This document shows positions 34,688 to 44,328 of a stretch of 64,000 nucleotides of DNA, piece after piece (the stretch's first letter is position 1; every line of letters begins with the position of its first letter). Source of the DNA: a virus. The translations under genes were made by a program, and so were the position numbers. The notes under the pieces are model-generated. The model had not been told where the DNA came from, made no database searches, and was given only the letters and a program-made list of their open reading frames with translations. The DNA lies in the IMG/VR virus record IMGVR_UViG_3300020190_000049, positions 4,680 through 68,679 of that record. The stretch is one strand, 5' to 3'.

Positions 34688-37600
34688 TTAATACCCATAG
34701 CCGCTGCCGCCACTGCCGCCACTGCTGCCACTGCTGCCACTGCTGCCGCCACTGCTGCCACTGCTGCCACTGCTGCCGCCACTGCTGCCACTGCTGCCAC
34801 TGCTGCCACTGCTGCCACTGCTGCTGCCACTGCTGCTGCCACTGCTGCCACTGCTGCCACTGCTGCCACTGCCGCCACTGCTGCCACTGCTGCCACTGCT
34901 GCCACTGCTGCCACTGCTGCCACTGCTGCCACTTCTACCACTGCTGCTGCCACTCCCGGTTGTGCTGATTCTAGTTCCTGTATTGGTCACTATAGAATTA
35001 GCACTAATTCTCAATTCTGCTGCTGTAATAGATGTTACGATTTCTATATCATCTACCGTGGCGCCGCTGATGAATATCTCATCTACTCTGCTCTGTATTT
35101 CAAACAGACTGCCGAAGGACTGCGATGCCTGCCTCGGAACTAAAACAAAATTAGAAATATCTGGAGCACAGGTGTTGATAACATAAGTTATCATTTCGCT
35201 GACATAGAATTTATCTCCGAAATCCCAATTGTTTACATCAAAAAATTCATTTACCGCAGAAATTATTCGGACTTTTAGATCATTATCATTGATTAACTTA
35301 CTTGGATTTTTTACTATTTTAAATTTTGCCTGTAATTTTACATCGGCAGTAGGACCAAATAGCACTTTATAAATCACAGGATGGTATATTATTTCATCGC
35401 TGATCGATTTAATAAGATCGAGATTCTGCCCGAACGCCACACGGAGACTATCACTCGACGGCATAGGAGGCTGTTTGGCTGCTCCTATTAAGAAATTTCT
35501 AAAAGCAGTATCATAACTTCGTGTCAATAGATAAACATCGATTATATTGCTTGCACTTGGATCTATTCTTCTATCTACACCTGAATTATGTATATATTGA
35601 AACTTTAATTTGTCTCTTCCTATATTAGCCGTATAGAACGGTTCTAGAATAAAGGTGTTTGTAGATCTATCTACTCTTTTTACTACATTCTCATCTATGT
35701 CATAAAAATAAACCAGTTGTCCATCGACAAAATCGCTGATATTTACTAGACTTTCTTTCTGCCGTATTAGAACGGCATCATCGGAATTATCTACGAATTC
35801 TTTTATAGTGTAACCAAAAGAATCAGTGACTGTGTTAAAGAAGAGATATTTGTTGTCAGAATCGGGACCAACAACTTGGCTGAAAGAATCAGGATCGTCT
35901 ATCACTCCATCATCATCGCTGTCATAGAATGTTATTTTTATTTCATTAGCACTTTCGTAACCGTCATCAAATCTAACGCTGTCTGATATTTCAAAAACTT
36001 GATCTGTTTTTAATGGATCTAGTAAATTTGCAGCAGTATTGACGCCTAAAACCAATATCTTATCTTTCACTACTTTACCTGTTTCACTGTCAAATACTTT
36101 TTGCGCACTGTCAAAATAAAATCTATTCTGTCGTATGCTTCTAAAAATATAATCCATTCCTCTAATCCTAATCACATATTGATCCGGTTCTTTTACAAAA
36201 GCAATAACCCACGACGAATCTAAATTTGAATTTGTAACATCACCCGTCTTACCTAAACTAAAATCAGATACTAGATTGATATTAGAAGACGTGATAATCT
36301 TCCACTGTGATTCTAATGTGCTGTACCTAAGTCCAAAGTTTAGATTATTAAAGATTAATTCTATCATCTGAGATTCTAAGGCAAGATCAAGATCATTCAC
36401 AAACTTAGGAATTATAATCGATGCTATCGCCCCACTCGGTATCGTATCATTAAATTGTATAGGACCTAACCCGGTCGTTAGTGTCCCTGTATTATTTGCC
36501 GTACCGTCACCTGTGATTTTAACTATTTTAGTCCATAGGTAAGATTTCTGTAAGGAGTCTGAAATATCCTCGTTGACTAATTTTCCTTTTTTAAACTTTT
36601 TTCCCGCGGGGGGAACAAATTTAATTATGGCGCCGGGAGCAAGATATCTCAGCAGACTGGTAGTATAGGTTGCTACAGGTAAAATAGATGTAACGTCTAC
36701 TAAATTTGTAAAATATCCGGAACTGAGATTGATATCATCAGAAACCTGATTCCATACTGTATTCAGATCAGTAAATAAGATCCTATTAAATTTAGTCAGA
36801 TAAAAATTGTAAACATCTGTGTCTGTAAAAATAGGTTCTATTCTATTACGTATAAAATTAATGATATCTACTCTGTTTGCATATTTGAATGTCAATGATC
36901 TCTCTATTTCTTCTTTATAAATGATGCCGTCATCAGCAAACACATTTATATTACTGTATTTGCCCGATGCGTCGATGATATCAAAATTTCTAGATATTCC
37001 GCTAGATGTCCTGTTTATGGATTTCACCTTGAGTATGTTTTGGCTCGCAGTCAACGGTGCTAGATTATAATCTTCGCCGGTGATCATTCTGTTCTGAGTA
37101 TAGTAGGCTGCCGGAGCGTTTACTCGTATAGCGTCGATACTTTCAGCGCTGGTCGAAGAATCTACCGTGTATTTCAAACTACAGGTCACTGTTAAGGTAT
37201 GTCTTATACCTTGTTTGTTGACATAAGAAATCGCTAAACTTATGCCCTGCATTTCGCTAGGAGAAATCTGATAGGTCAATCCGTTGCTCTTTCTATAATA
37301 AACTCTGAACGTACCTAACGGTAGATTTCCGTAGACTCCGTCAGCAAAGGCAAGATCGATCCTATCGTTTTCTTTGGTGATTACCGAATAGATATTTCTG
37401 ACGTTAGAGGAAATGCTATTATAGGCGATATTGTTACCGATCAAAGACTGGACCTTAGTCCATTCTTCTATCTGAGATCCCAGACTGTTTAATTTGAACA
37501 ACCAGACATCATTCTCATTGATGTTATTAGAATCTACAGCAACAATTTCATTTGGTCGACCGATGCTGATATTAAAATCGGCTAACTCTAGATTTCCTTG

Positions 37601-38377
37601 TTTGAATAAAAAGAAAAATCCCGTGTTGGCGCTGGTACCACCCTTACCGTCATTTTTATAAATGAAACCCAATTGGTTGGCTGGGGTCGGTGACTCTTCA
37701 TAAACTGATTCGCTGCCTCGAAATGAGGTGCTTACTATTTCGAACGGCATTTGCCGACCAGCAACTATTTTGTTAAAACTGAACACAGGAACATCCGTGG
37801 AAGCGGTCCTAAATCTATATTGCTCCGTTGGTATACCGTCAATTACCGCTGACCCTTGGCTCCTGCCAAATTCTGTGTTGTCGCTCATTGCGGCATTTAA
37901 TACCGCAACAAATTGTTCGGCCCAATTTTGATTAGTTGGATCGTTCCAGATTATCGTCTGTTGTGCAAGATTTTTACCGTTGTTATCTAAAATGTTTTCT
38001 GTCGTACTAACAGTATCGAATTTTAACAGTCCGCTGGCCGGAACGTTTCGTTTAGCGTTATAACTCAGCATCCTTGCTAGACGAAGAACGCTTTCTTTTC
38101 TTTCTGCTAATTCAATAAAATTTTCTCTGGACGCGAGATCTATGCGGAATGCTAGACTCTGTCCGAGAAATGCCATGGCATCTATCAATGCTAGATATTC
38201 ACTGCTTTCGATATAATCGTTAAAATCTTCCGGATAATTTTCACGGAAATAGGCTATGATAACTCTACGAAGATTCTCAAAATCGTAGGATTTGAAATCA
38301 GCGTTTTTAAATGTCTGATATATTCTAGTCCAATCTTCATTTAAAATCAAACTATTCTGTCTCGATGTCGTGGTCAT
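34688..38377 (-). CDS. gp6: baseplate wedge subunit (T4 gp6-like) with a Ser/Gly low-complexity C-terminal tail
   Basis: DFENLR...FNDYIESSE...ENFIELAERKESVLRLARMLSY and ESIDAIRVNAP...QNRMITGEDY baseplate-J/gp6 motifs; follows gp25. Confidence 0.85.
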   Translation of the reverse strand: MTTTSRQNSLILNEDWTRIYQTFKNADFKSYDFENLRRVIIAYFRENYPEDFNDYIESSEYLALIDAMAFLGQSLAFRIDLASRENFIELAERKESVLRLARMLSYNAKRNVPASGLLKFDTVSTTENILDNNGKNLAQQTIIWNDPTNQNWAEQFVAVLNAAMSDNTEFGRSQGSAVIDGIPTEQYRFRTASTDVPVFSFNKIVAGRQMPFEIVSTSFRGSESVYEESPTPANQLGFIYKNDGKGGTSANTGFFFLFKQGNLELADFNISIGRPNEIVAVDSNNINENDVWLFKLNSLGSQIEEWTKVQSLIGNNIAYNSISSNVRNIYSVITKENDRIDLAFADGVYGNLPLGTFRVYYRKSNGLTYQISPSEMQGISLAISYVNKQGIRHTLTVTCSLKYTVDSSTSAESIDAIRVNAPAAYYTQNRMITGEDYNLAPLTASQNILKVKSINRTSSGISRNFDIIDASGKYSNINVFADDGIIYKEEIERSLTFKYANRVDIINFIRNRIEPIFTDTDVYNFYLTKFNRILFTDLNTVWNQVSDDINLSSGYFTNLVDVTSILPVATYTTSLLRYLAPGAIIKFVPPAGKKFKKGKLVNEDISDSLQKSYLWTKIVKITGDGTANNTGTLTTGLGPIQFNDTIPSGAIASIIIPKFVNDLDLALESQMIELIFNNLNFGLRYSTLESQWKIITSSNINLVSDFSLGKTGDVTNSNLDSSWVIAFVKEPDQYVIRIRGMDYIFRSIRQNRFYFDSAQKVFDSETGKVVKDKILVLGVNTAANLLDPLKTDQVFEISDSVRFDDGYESANEIKITFYDSDDDGVIDDPDSFSQVVGPDSDNKYLFFNTVTDSFGYTIKEFVDNSDDAVLIRQKESLVNISDFVDGQLVYFYDIDENVVKRVDRSTNTFILEPFYTANIGRDKLKFQYIHNSGVDRRIDPSASNIIDVYLLTRSYDTAFRNFLIGAAKQPPMPSSDSLRVAFGQNLDLIKSISDEIIYHPVIYKVLFGPTADVKLQAKFKIVKNPSKLINDNDLKVRIISAVNEFFDVNNWDFGDKFYVSEMITYVINTCAPDISNFVLVPRQASQSFGSLFEIQSRVDEIFISGATVDDIEIVTSITAAELRISANSIVTNTGTRISTTGSGSSSGRSGSSGSSGSSGSSGSSGSSGGSGSSGSSGSSGSSSGSSSGSSGSSGSSGSSGGSSGSSGSSGGSSGSSGSSGGSGGSGYGY
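34701..34952 (-). repeat. imperfect 9-bp tandem repeat (AGCAGTGGC, Ser-Ser-Gly)
   Basis: (gccactgct)n on the + strand; in frame with the gp6-like gene. Confidence 0.95.
34979..35058. repeat. 80-bp direct repeat, copy B
   Basis: Matches 34533-34612 with 2 mismatches. Confidence 0.95.
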
Positions 38378-38394
38378 ATTCTATTCCTATTCCG

Positions 38395-38401
38395 TATTTA
38401 T
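38395..38401 (-). promoter_or_regulatory. putative late promoter (ATAAATA)
   Basis: Intergenic, upstream of the gp6-like ATG at 38377. Confidence 0.6.
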
Positions 38402-38418
38402 TTTAGAAAATTATATGG

Positions 38419-38856
38419 TCAGTTTATGATATTATTTTCTTTATCGAAATTAAAAACCATACGTTCGTTGATGTTAAAGGGCAGATATGTTATGTCTGCT
38501 TCTATGCGTATTCCCATATCTGTAGAATCTATGCTGACACTATTGATAGCGATTCGAGGATCATAATTGATAATCTGTTCGACATCTTCGGTTATGAGTT
38601 TTTTTACTTCTTCGGTAAATGGTTCGAATAGTATATCCCAGATTATCGTGCCGAAATCGGGATTCATCAATTTTTCTCCTTTACGGATATAGAAATGATT
38701 GATGATATCTTGTTTGACTAAATCAATGTCGTATAATTTAAACTTATTTTTAGTTTCTTGAGAATTAAATCCCTTATAGGTGAATGCTATATTGCTGTCA
38801 TTTAAGATCACGACTCCCTGGGAACCTACTGTTTTTTGATTATATAATTTGGCCAT
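38419..38856 (-). CDS. gp25: baseplate wedge subunit, gp25/GPW family
   Basis: DLVKQDIINHFYIRKGEKLMNPDFGTIIWDILFEP...YDPRI. Confidence 0.9.
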   Translation of the reverse strand: MAKLYNQKTVGSQGVVILNDSNIAFTYKGFNSQETKNKFKLYDIDLVKQDIINHFYIRKGEKLMNPDFGTIIWDILFEPFTEEVKKLITEDVEQIINYDPRIAINSVSIDSTDMGIRIEADITYLPFNINERMVFNFDKENNIIN

Positions 38857-38857
38857 A

Positions 38858-40408
38858 TCATGCTTCCCTATCTGTGTTATCGGGTGTTAGTTGTCCAGGC
38901 GCTTGATTTTCGTGCAGGGCCCAGGGCTCGTGCATTGGTACACGTTTCATTATGCTTTTTAAGGGTTCTTCTACTGAATATCTTTTTTTGTTTTCCCAAG
39001 GTTCCGTGGGATCGGTAACTATGTTGTCGTGGGTCGGCAGCACTTCTGCAGGAAGTGCTGGGGTGGCTGGTACCCCATTCATGTTTATAGTTACAGCAGT
39101 TTCAAAATGTCCTATACCGCTTAGGATATTCGTGTTAGCACCGGCGGTAACATTATTATTCAATGTAGTTAAAATATCGAGGCTACCGGAGGTGGTGATA
39201 TATCCGTCGCCGCCCACTAATATTTTAGTATCATATTGACTTTCGATGTGTATCCTACCGCTGTCAAATCCGTTAACATCTGCGCTGTCTCCGTCACTGT
39301 AATCCGCAGAAGCTTTGACGTTAACGTTTCTACCTGCTTCGAGATTTATATCTCTGTCTGCTCTGATATTCAGATCATTCTGAGAATGGATGCTGATACT
39401 ATCTGCTGAATAAATGTCTATCTTACCGTTGCTAGTGAGCTCTATCCAAGCAGTACCTTTAGCATTACCTATGTAGATAAGATCTTCCGAATTATGCAAA
39501 AGCAGTTGGTGTCCAGTCCTAGTCCTTATTCGAAAATATTCGTTATATGGAATATTTGGGTCTCCCTTTTCTCCGTTATCAGTATCTGCATATTCGACTG
39601 GGCCTTCGCTGGCTGATGTGATACGTTGATATCTATCTTCTCCATCATCCATAACCAATGTGGTTCCCCCTAGCCTTGACACAGGCACCGGCACTGAACT
39701 TAAGGTATTTTTCTTACCTATAAATTGTTTTTTAGTTCCCTCTCCTCTGTTGAAAGGTCCTGGGGTGCTGATACCAAATACTGCATTAGGAACACTGCGT
39801 CTGCTAGTAGAAGTAGTCACTCCTCGGACGTCGTCCTCTAATAACCCTTGCTTTAGAAAGATATCTGCGATAGGATGAATGGCTTTTTTGATCTTGTCTA
39901 TGTTAAGACTTTTTTCTAGGCTGTTTGTTTTTCTATTAACCTCGGCGACCGGCAGTGGCTGGGTAGTATCGTACTTCTTTTTTTGATCTGCAGTGGCTTC
40001 GACTTCAATAGAACCTCCGATCGCCGGAATCATTTGATTCATGAATCTTCCGGGGACACACCCAATAAAATAACCGTCGGCAGGATTTCCATTGATAAAA
40101 ACGACTAAAACTGTGGTTCCTATTTCTACTGTAGGAAACCACATACCGTAACTGGTCTGCGTATCGTTCCAGTCAGTCTTGTTCAATCCCATATTTTCGT
40201 AGGCCGTAGAACCATAGAACGGGCTAGCATATTTTACAGGGAATGTCTGAGAATCTTCTCCTATGGTATTACCTTGATCTCTCAGCAGAGTAACTTCTAG
40301 ACCGCACATGAAACTAGGATCTAGGTATCCTATAACTTTGGCCAATAATATACCAGTACCAACTGATCCGTCAGATAACTGTCCAGAACTTCTCTTTTCA
40401 ATAGCCAT
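38858..40408 (-). CDS. gp5: baseplate hub/central spike (gp5/VgrG-like OB fold plus beta-helix)
   Basis: SYGMWFPTVEIGTTVLVVFING OB-fold, RIRTRTGHQLLLHNSED, repetitive beta-helix, and terminal HEPWxxH. Confidence 0.75.
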   Translation of the reverse strand: MAIEKRSSGQLSDGSVGTGILLAKVIGYLDPSFMCGLEVTLLRDQGNTIGEDSQTFPVKYASPFYGSTAYENMGLNKTDWNDTQTSYGMWFPTVEIGTTVLVVFINGNPADGYFIGCVPGRFMNQMIPAIGGSIEVEATADQKKKYDTTQPLPVAEVNRKTNSLEKSLNIDKIKKAIHPIADIFLKQGLLEDDVRGVTTSTSRRSVPNAVFGISTPGPFNRGEGTKKQFIGKKNTLSSVPVPVSRLGGTTLVMDDGEDRYQRITSASEGPVEYADTDNGEKGDPNIPYNEYFRIRTRTGHQLLLHNSEDLIYIGNAKGTAWIELTSNGKIDIYSADSISIHSQNDLNIRADRDINLEAGRNVNVKASADYSDGDSADVNGFDSGRIHIESQYDTKILVGGDGYITTSGSLDILTTLNNNVTAGANTNILSGIGHFETAVTINMNGVPATPALPAEVLPTHDNIVTDPTEPWENKKRYSVEEPLKSIMKRVPMHEPWALHENQAPGQLTPDNTDREA

Positions 40409-42816
40409 TATCCACCCTCATCACCATAACCATAACCATATACTGTGGTATCAACAGGACCTGTCTGTGGCGGCGCTTCTTTAATTTCATACAACGATTG
40501 GCTCTGTTTTTCAATTTCGGCCCGTCCTTTGAAATCGATGCTTTGATGAACCACTCGATTTAAATCTAATGTTTGCGTATATACGCCGCCTGAAAATTTA
40601 TTGTCTACAGCGAGCACTCTGTATAGCCCGCTATAAGGACTGACCCACTGCCCTTTGGGAAAATTAAATAAACCCCCCTTTCCTGTGGTTCCTAGGTTAG
40701 GCTCTATGGGATTCCTAAAAGTCACATATATGAACACTTCGGTTCCTTGCCAATTCATCGTTCCATCTGAAGTAACTTGTTCGTTAGGCCCATATTCTCC
40801 TAGATATAGAGAACATATACCAGCGTCCGAAAGATAAAAAGGATCGCCTATGATATCCATTTTCACCTGCATCATGTCTCTGTTACCATCCTGGAAAGCG
40901 TCCTGGAAAGCATCTGCTATAATCTGTTCAACGTTCTTTTCACCAGAAAAAGATCCGGTCCGTATTTTATAATTCGGTTTTACTTCCGGAGTTCCAGTTT
41001 CAGATGCGGCTGCTGCTGGTGCGGAACCAGATTGAGCTTGTGCTGCTAATCTTCTCGTCTCGGCCGCTGATTGATTATCGGTATTCTGTATGGCACTGTG
41101 TTCTTGTGGTGGGCGAGGCAAGCGTCCCGTATGGAACATTCCGTTGAAAATTAAATCAAATTTTAATATATTATTGTTGAGTCCTGTATAAAGATAGTCG
41201 TATCTCTTGGCACATATTGTTTCTCTTCCTTGAGTGCCTGCTGTGGCCGAAGTGGGATTTTTTAGATATTCAGCGCTGACTTTAAAAGGTATGATTCTGT
41301 AGATATATTTTTTCGCACGTTGATTTCTTATCTTATCAAAATCTAAAAGATTGATCTGTATGTCAACCCTAAACCAGTTGACAAGACCGGTCTTCGGATC
41401 TATGGCTTCTGGTTTGAGATTTTTCGCGCAATATTCACTGGCTAACACTATTAGTTTGATAATATTTGTTATCGGGGTCAATTTTCCGAATATAAAAGCC
41501 CGACGAGTGGGATCGATCGACATATTATCTCGCTGTATCCTTCCGGTCTTAGGGTCTACCGTATCTACTGCATCTTTAAAAAGATAGTTACCGCCAGAAG
41601 TCGCGCTAAATCCCATGCTGCTGTAGCCTATATCACCTTGACCGTAATCGATAGTTTCAAAATCTGCACTGCTCGCACTCGCAGATATGGGTTTTCCGGC
41701 GTTTAGGTCTATTATAGCACGTAGCGCTTCTGTAGATATTCCTCCCTGTAATCCCACTTTATCCTGCCAGTCTACAGGAAAAACTATTTCGTAGACATCG
41801 GGCTTTCCTACTAATTTCCTGTCTTCTAGACCAAATTGTATCTGATTAAGGGCATTCATTAGACTAGATTTGCCACTGGATAAAACTTCTAGCACTGTGC
41901 TACCTGTTATGGTGAGATCTGTTGGAAAAGTATTAGCACTGTCTTGATATCCTGCATGGTGCAACGGCACCGCCGTGACTTTATATCTACTGCCGCCTTC
42001 GTCAACTTTCATTTCCGAATCGGTAATCTTTATAGTAAAATATTTGGCTAGTTGTTCTTTGCTTGAAAAAATTCTTCCTTTGTCGTCGAACCCAACGAAT
42101 TCTAGTTTTAATAGAAACGGTACTTCTCCTATATATTGAGGATAACCGGCATCTATGGCCGCGGCCTGGAGGCTCTGATAAAATAATCCCATAGAATATG
42201 GTTCATACACTTCGAACGTAAATCCGGTCACGTTCGTCCATCCCGCATCTTGGCCGGCTAATCGTGTGGCTAAGACGACGTTGTCTATGAAAAATTCTGG
42301 ACTTCCGTTGGCTGTTTTTACTCGCTGTTTATCATATCTACCAGCGGTAGACAAAACGATATTTTTCAACGCTCCGGGTTTTCCTCTATAGGTATTGGGA
42401 TTATTGAATTGATTAGGCTCTAGACAGCACAGTGTCCATAGGCAGTTATAAGAAGCGAACTGTTCCAAAACATTTTCATAAGGCGGACCATTAGTTATTT
42501 TTTCTAGACCGAACGTCTTGATGGCTGGAGTTTTGGTCGGATCTTCGTTGACCTCAGATGCTTCAGATGGATTAATGGTAGCAGAATTTCCTGTCGGAGC
42601 ACCAGTCGTCGTTCGAGCCGATCCGTTAGGCAGTCCTGGTTTAGGTGCAGTTGGATCTAATGGGGATCCGTCTGGTTTCCTTCCTAGAAATCCTGAAAGA
42701 GATGCATTGAGATTCCTGTTTCTTTCTACCTGCTCTGCTGTGATACCTTCCGGATCGCCACTGGCTGCGTTTATTCTTGCTGCTTCTTGGGCCGGTGTTT
42801 CGTCAAACACAGCCAT
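40408..42816 (-). CDS. putative baseplate hub protein (gp27-like position)
   Basis: IIGDPFYL and YSGLYRVLAVDNKFSGGVYTQTLDL hub-like C-terminus; lies between the LysM and spike genes. Confidence 0.6.
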   Translation of the reverse strand: MAVFDETPAQEAARINAASGDPEGITAEQVERNRNLNASLSGFLGRKPDGSPLDPTAPKPGLPNGSARTTTGAPTGNSATINPSEASEVNEDPTKTPAIKTFGLEKITNGPPYENVLEQFASYNCLWTLCCLEPNQFNNPNTYRGKPGALKNIVLSTAGRYDKQRVKTANGSPEFFIDNVVLATRLAGQDAGWTNVTGFTFEVYEPYSMGLFYQSLQAAAIDAGYPQYIGEVPFLLKLEFVGFDDKGRIFSSKEQLAKYFTIKITDSEMKVDEGGSRYKVTAVPLHHAGYQDSANTFPTDLTITGSTVLEVLSSGKSSLMNALNQIQFGLEDRKLVGKPDVYEIVFPVDWQDKVGLQGGISTEALRAIIDLNAGKPISASASSADFETIDYGQGDIGYSSMGFSATSGGNYLFKDAVDTVDPKTGRIQRDNMSIDPTRRAFIFGKLTPITNIIKLIVLASEYCAKNLKPEAIDPKTGLVNWFRVDIQINLLDFDKIRNQRAKKYIYRIIPFKVSAEYLKNPTSATAGTQGRETICAKRYDYLYTGLNNNILKFDLIFNGMFHTGRLPRPPQEHSAIQNTDNQSAAETRRLAAQAQSGSAPAAAASETGTPEVKPNYKIRTGSFSGEKNVEQIIADAFQDAFQDGNRDMMQVKMDIIGDPFYLSDAGICSLYLGEYGPNEQVTSDGTMNWQGTEVFIYVTFRNPIEPNLGTTGKGGLFNFPKGQWVSPYSGLYRVLAVDNKFSGGVYTQTLDLNRVVHQSIDFKGRAEIEKQSQSLYEIKEAPPQTGPVDTTVYGYGYGDEGG

Positions 42817-42817
42817 C

Positions 42818-43117
42818 TTAGACTCCTAAAAATTTTTCTATATTTGATTTTTTAGGACAGTAGATCTGTGTCCCTGGTTCAAAATCATAGATCGGATCTT
42901 TGATCACACTCATGTTTCTCTGAACGAATATCCACCATAACTGCGAATTTCCGTATAGATCAAAAGCCAATAAATCTGGTCTATGTCTATACTGGTTTTC
43001 TATAGTGTATAAAAAATCATCTGACTCTGCGGGAACTGGTCGGATAGTCAACAGTTCTAGATAAAAATTGTTTTCTCTGGTATTCCTATAAGGAGAATAA
43101 GCAGTATATGATGCCAT
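42818..43117 (-). CDS. LysM-like baseplate wedge protein (gp53-like)
   Basis: YRHRPDLLAFDLYGNSQLWWIFVQRN motif. Confidence 0.75.
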   Translation of the reverse strand: MASYTAYSPYRNTRENNFYLELLTIRPVPAESDDFLYTIENQYRHRPDLLAFDLYGNSQLWWIFVQRNMSVIKDPIYDFEPGTQIYCPKKSNIEKFLGV

Positions 43118-43119
43118 GA

Positions 43120-44244
43120 TTAAACGAATCCTGCTCCTGCTACGACATTGCCATTAGCATATTCTTTGAGGTTGAACTGTCTCAGTCTCGTCCTATTATA
43201 AATGGGGGCCAGCACTATAGTTATGTTGCTACTGGTAGGAACCCAAGTAGGTTCTGTTCCTTTAGTGTATTTGAGATAATTCACATCTTCTTTTAAATCT
43301 ACACTAAATGATTTTATGATAACTGGTACCCCTTTAAAAACTCTAGCACCGTATCCGCTTAATTGACAGATGACTGGCGGATTTCCTACATTTTCGCCTG
43401 TACCGAAAAACATCCTAGTGGCCGTTTTAAAAAAAGTCGTTCCTTGTATCCAATATTCCGCATCCAGTTCTGTTTCAACAGAAAATTCTCCAGTGATCTG
43501 GATATCATCCACTTGACTATTTTTATAAGCATAGTACGGTTGTATATTGTGTATAGGATCTATCTGCGTATAATTTGCCTTGGTTGATACCGTGATATTA
43601 GGAAGATATGGAAAAACAAACCCGCCCGTTTCTGAAAGCCTGGCAAAGGCATTTCCAAAAAGCCCAAAATTGCAGTTTATTTTTACACGCCAATCGTTTT
43701 CCGATCCCGGTTTCAGTTCGACAAAGGATCCCTGGGCACTAAATAATTCTGCACCACTTGGTAAATTTTTTCCTCTGGCCATACTTAATAAATTGTTCAA
43801 CATGCCTGCTCCCGACGACACCTGTCCTGCTAGTTTTGCTAGCCCGGCTCCAAGCCCTCCACCAGCGAGCCCTAATTTGTCTAGGCTGGCTCCGATGTTA
43901 GATGTTACATTGCTGATAGATCCCACCGCATCTGTTATGCCGCCGAGAGCACCTTGTGCGTTAGATACTAAACTTTGTATGGGATTACCTACACCTCCCA
44001 TCGCACCTGTGACTCCGCCTAGCGCACTTTGGGCATCTGCGGCAAATGTACTGGCGGCCGCTGTAAATCCATTGAGTCCGGTACCGACAGCGCCTGATAG
44101 TTTAGATATTGTGTCATTGACGTTTGATTTAAGTGAGGCAAACTGTTCACCATTCATTGCTCCGGCTGCAGAATCAGCAGCCGCTGAGACCTGCTGAGAT
44201 ACAGAAGAAACTAATTTTGCCAAAGGGTTAATAGATAATGCCAT
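43120..44244 (-). CDS. putative tail tube initiator / baseplate-tube junction protein
   Basis: GFVFPYLPNI, GNPPVICQLSGYG, VPVIIKSFSVDL tube-fold motifs after an Ala/Gly-rich N-terminus. Confidence 0.6.
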   Translation of the reverse strand: MALSINPLAKLVSSVSQQVSAAADSAAGAMNGEQFASLKSNVNDTISKLSGAVGTGLNGFTAAASTFAADAQSALGGVTGAMGGVGNPIQSLVSNAQGALGGITDAVGSISNVTSNIGASLDKLGLAGGGLGAGLAKLAGQVSSGAGMLNNLLSMARGKNLPSGAELFSAQGSFVELKPGSENDWRVKINCNFGLFGNAFARLSETGGFVFPYLPNITVSTKANYTQIDPIHNIQPYYAYKNSQVDDIQITGEFSVETELDAEYWIQGTTFFKTATRMFFGTGENVGNPPVICQLSGYGARVFKGVPVIIKSFSVDLKEDVNYLKYTKGTEPTWVPTSSNITIVLAPIYNRTRLRQFNLKEYANGNVVAGAGFV

Positions 44245-44271
44245 TTTGGTAAGAAATCTCCTTTATAGCAC

Positions 44272-44278
44272 TATTTAT
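44272..44278 (-). promoter_or_regulatory. putative late promoter heading the baseplate/tail block
   Basis: ATAAATA followed by an AAGGAG RBS and ATG 44244. Confidence 0.65.
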
Positions 44279-44328
44279 TATAGGAAAAATATGCTAATAT
44301 TATTATCTAATAGGAGTAATCAAGATCG

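Noticed and set aside
34678-34968. Cys/His-rich 'metallothionein-like' ORF (+) and Val/Ala-rich ORF (-, 34660-34953)
   Set aside because: Both are alternative readings of the 9-bp Ser-Ser-Gly repeat that is in frame with the gp6-like gene
34533-35058. Diversity-generating retroelement TR/VR pair
   Set aside because: Only two mismatches, in opposite directions (not adenine-specific in one copy), and no reverse transcriptase in the window
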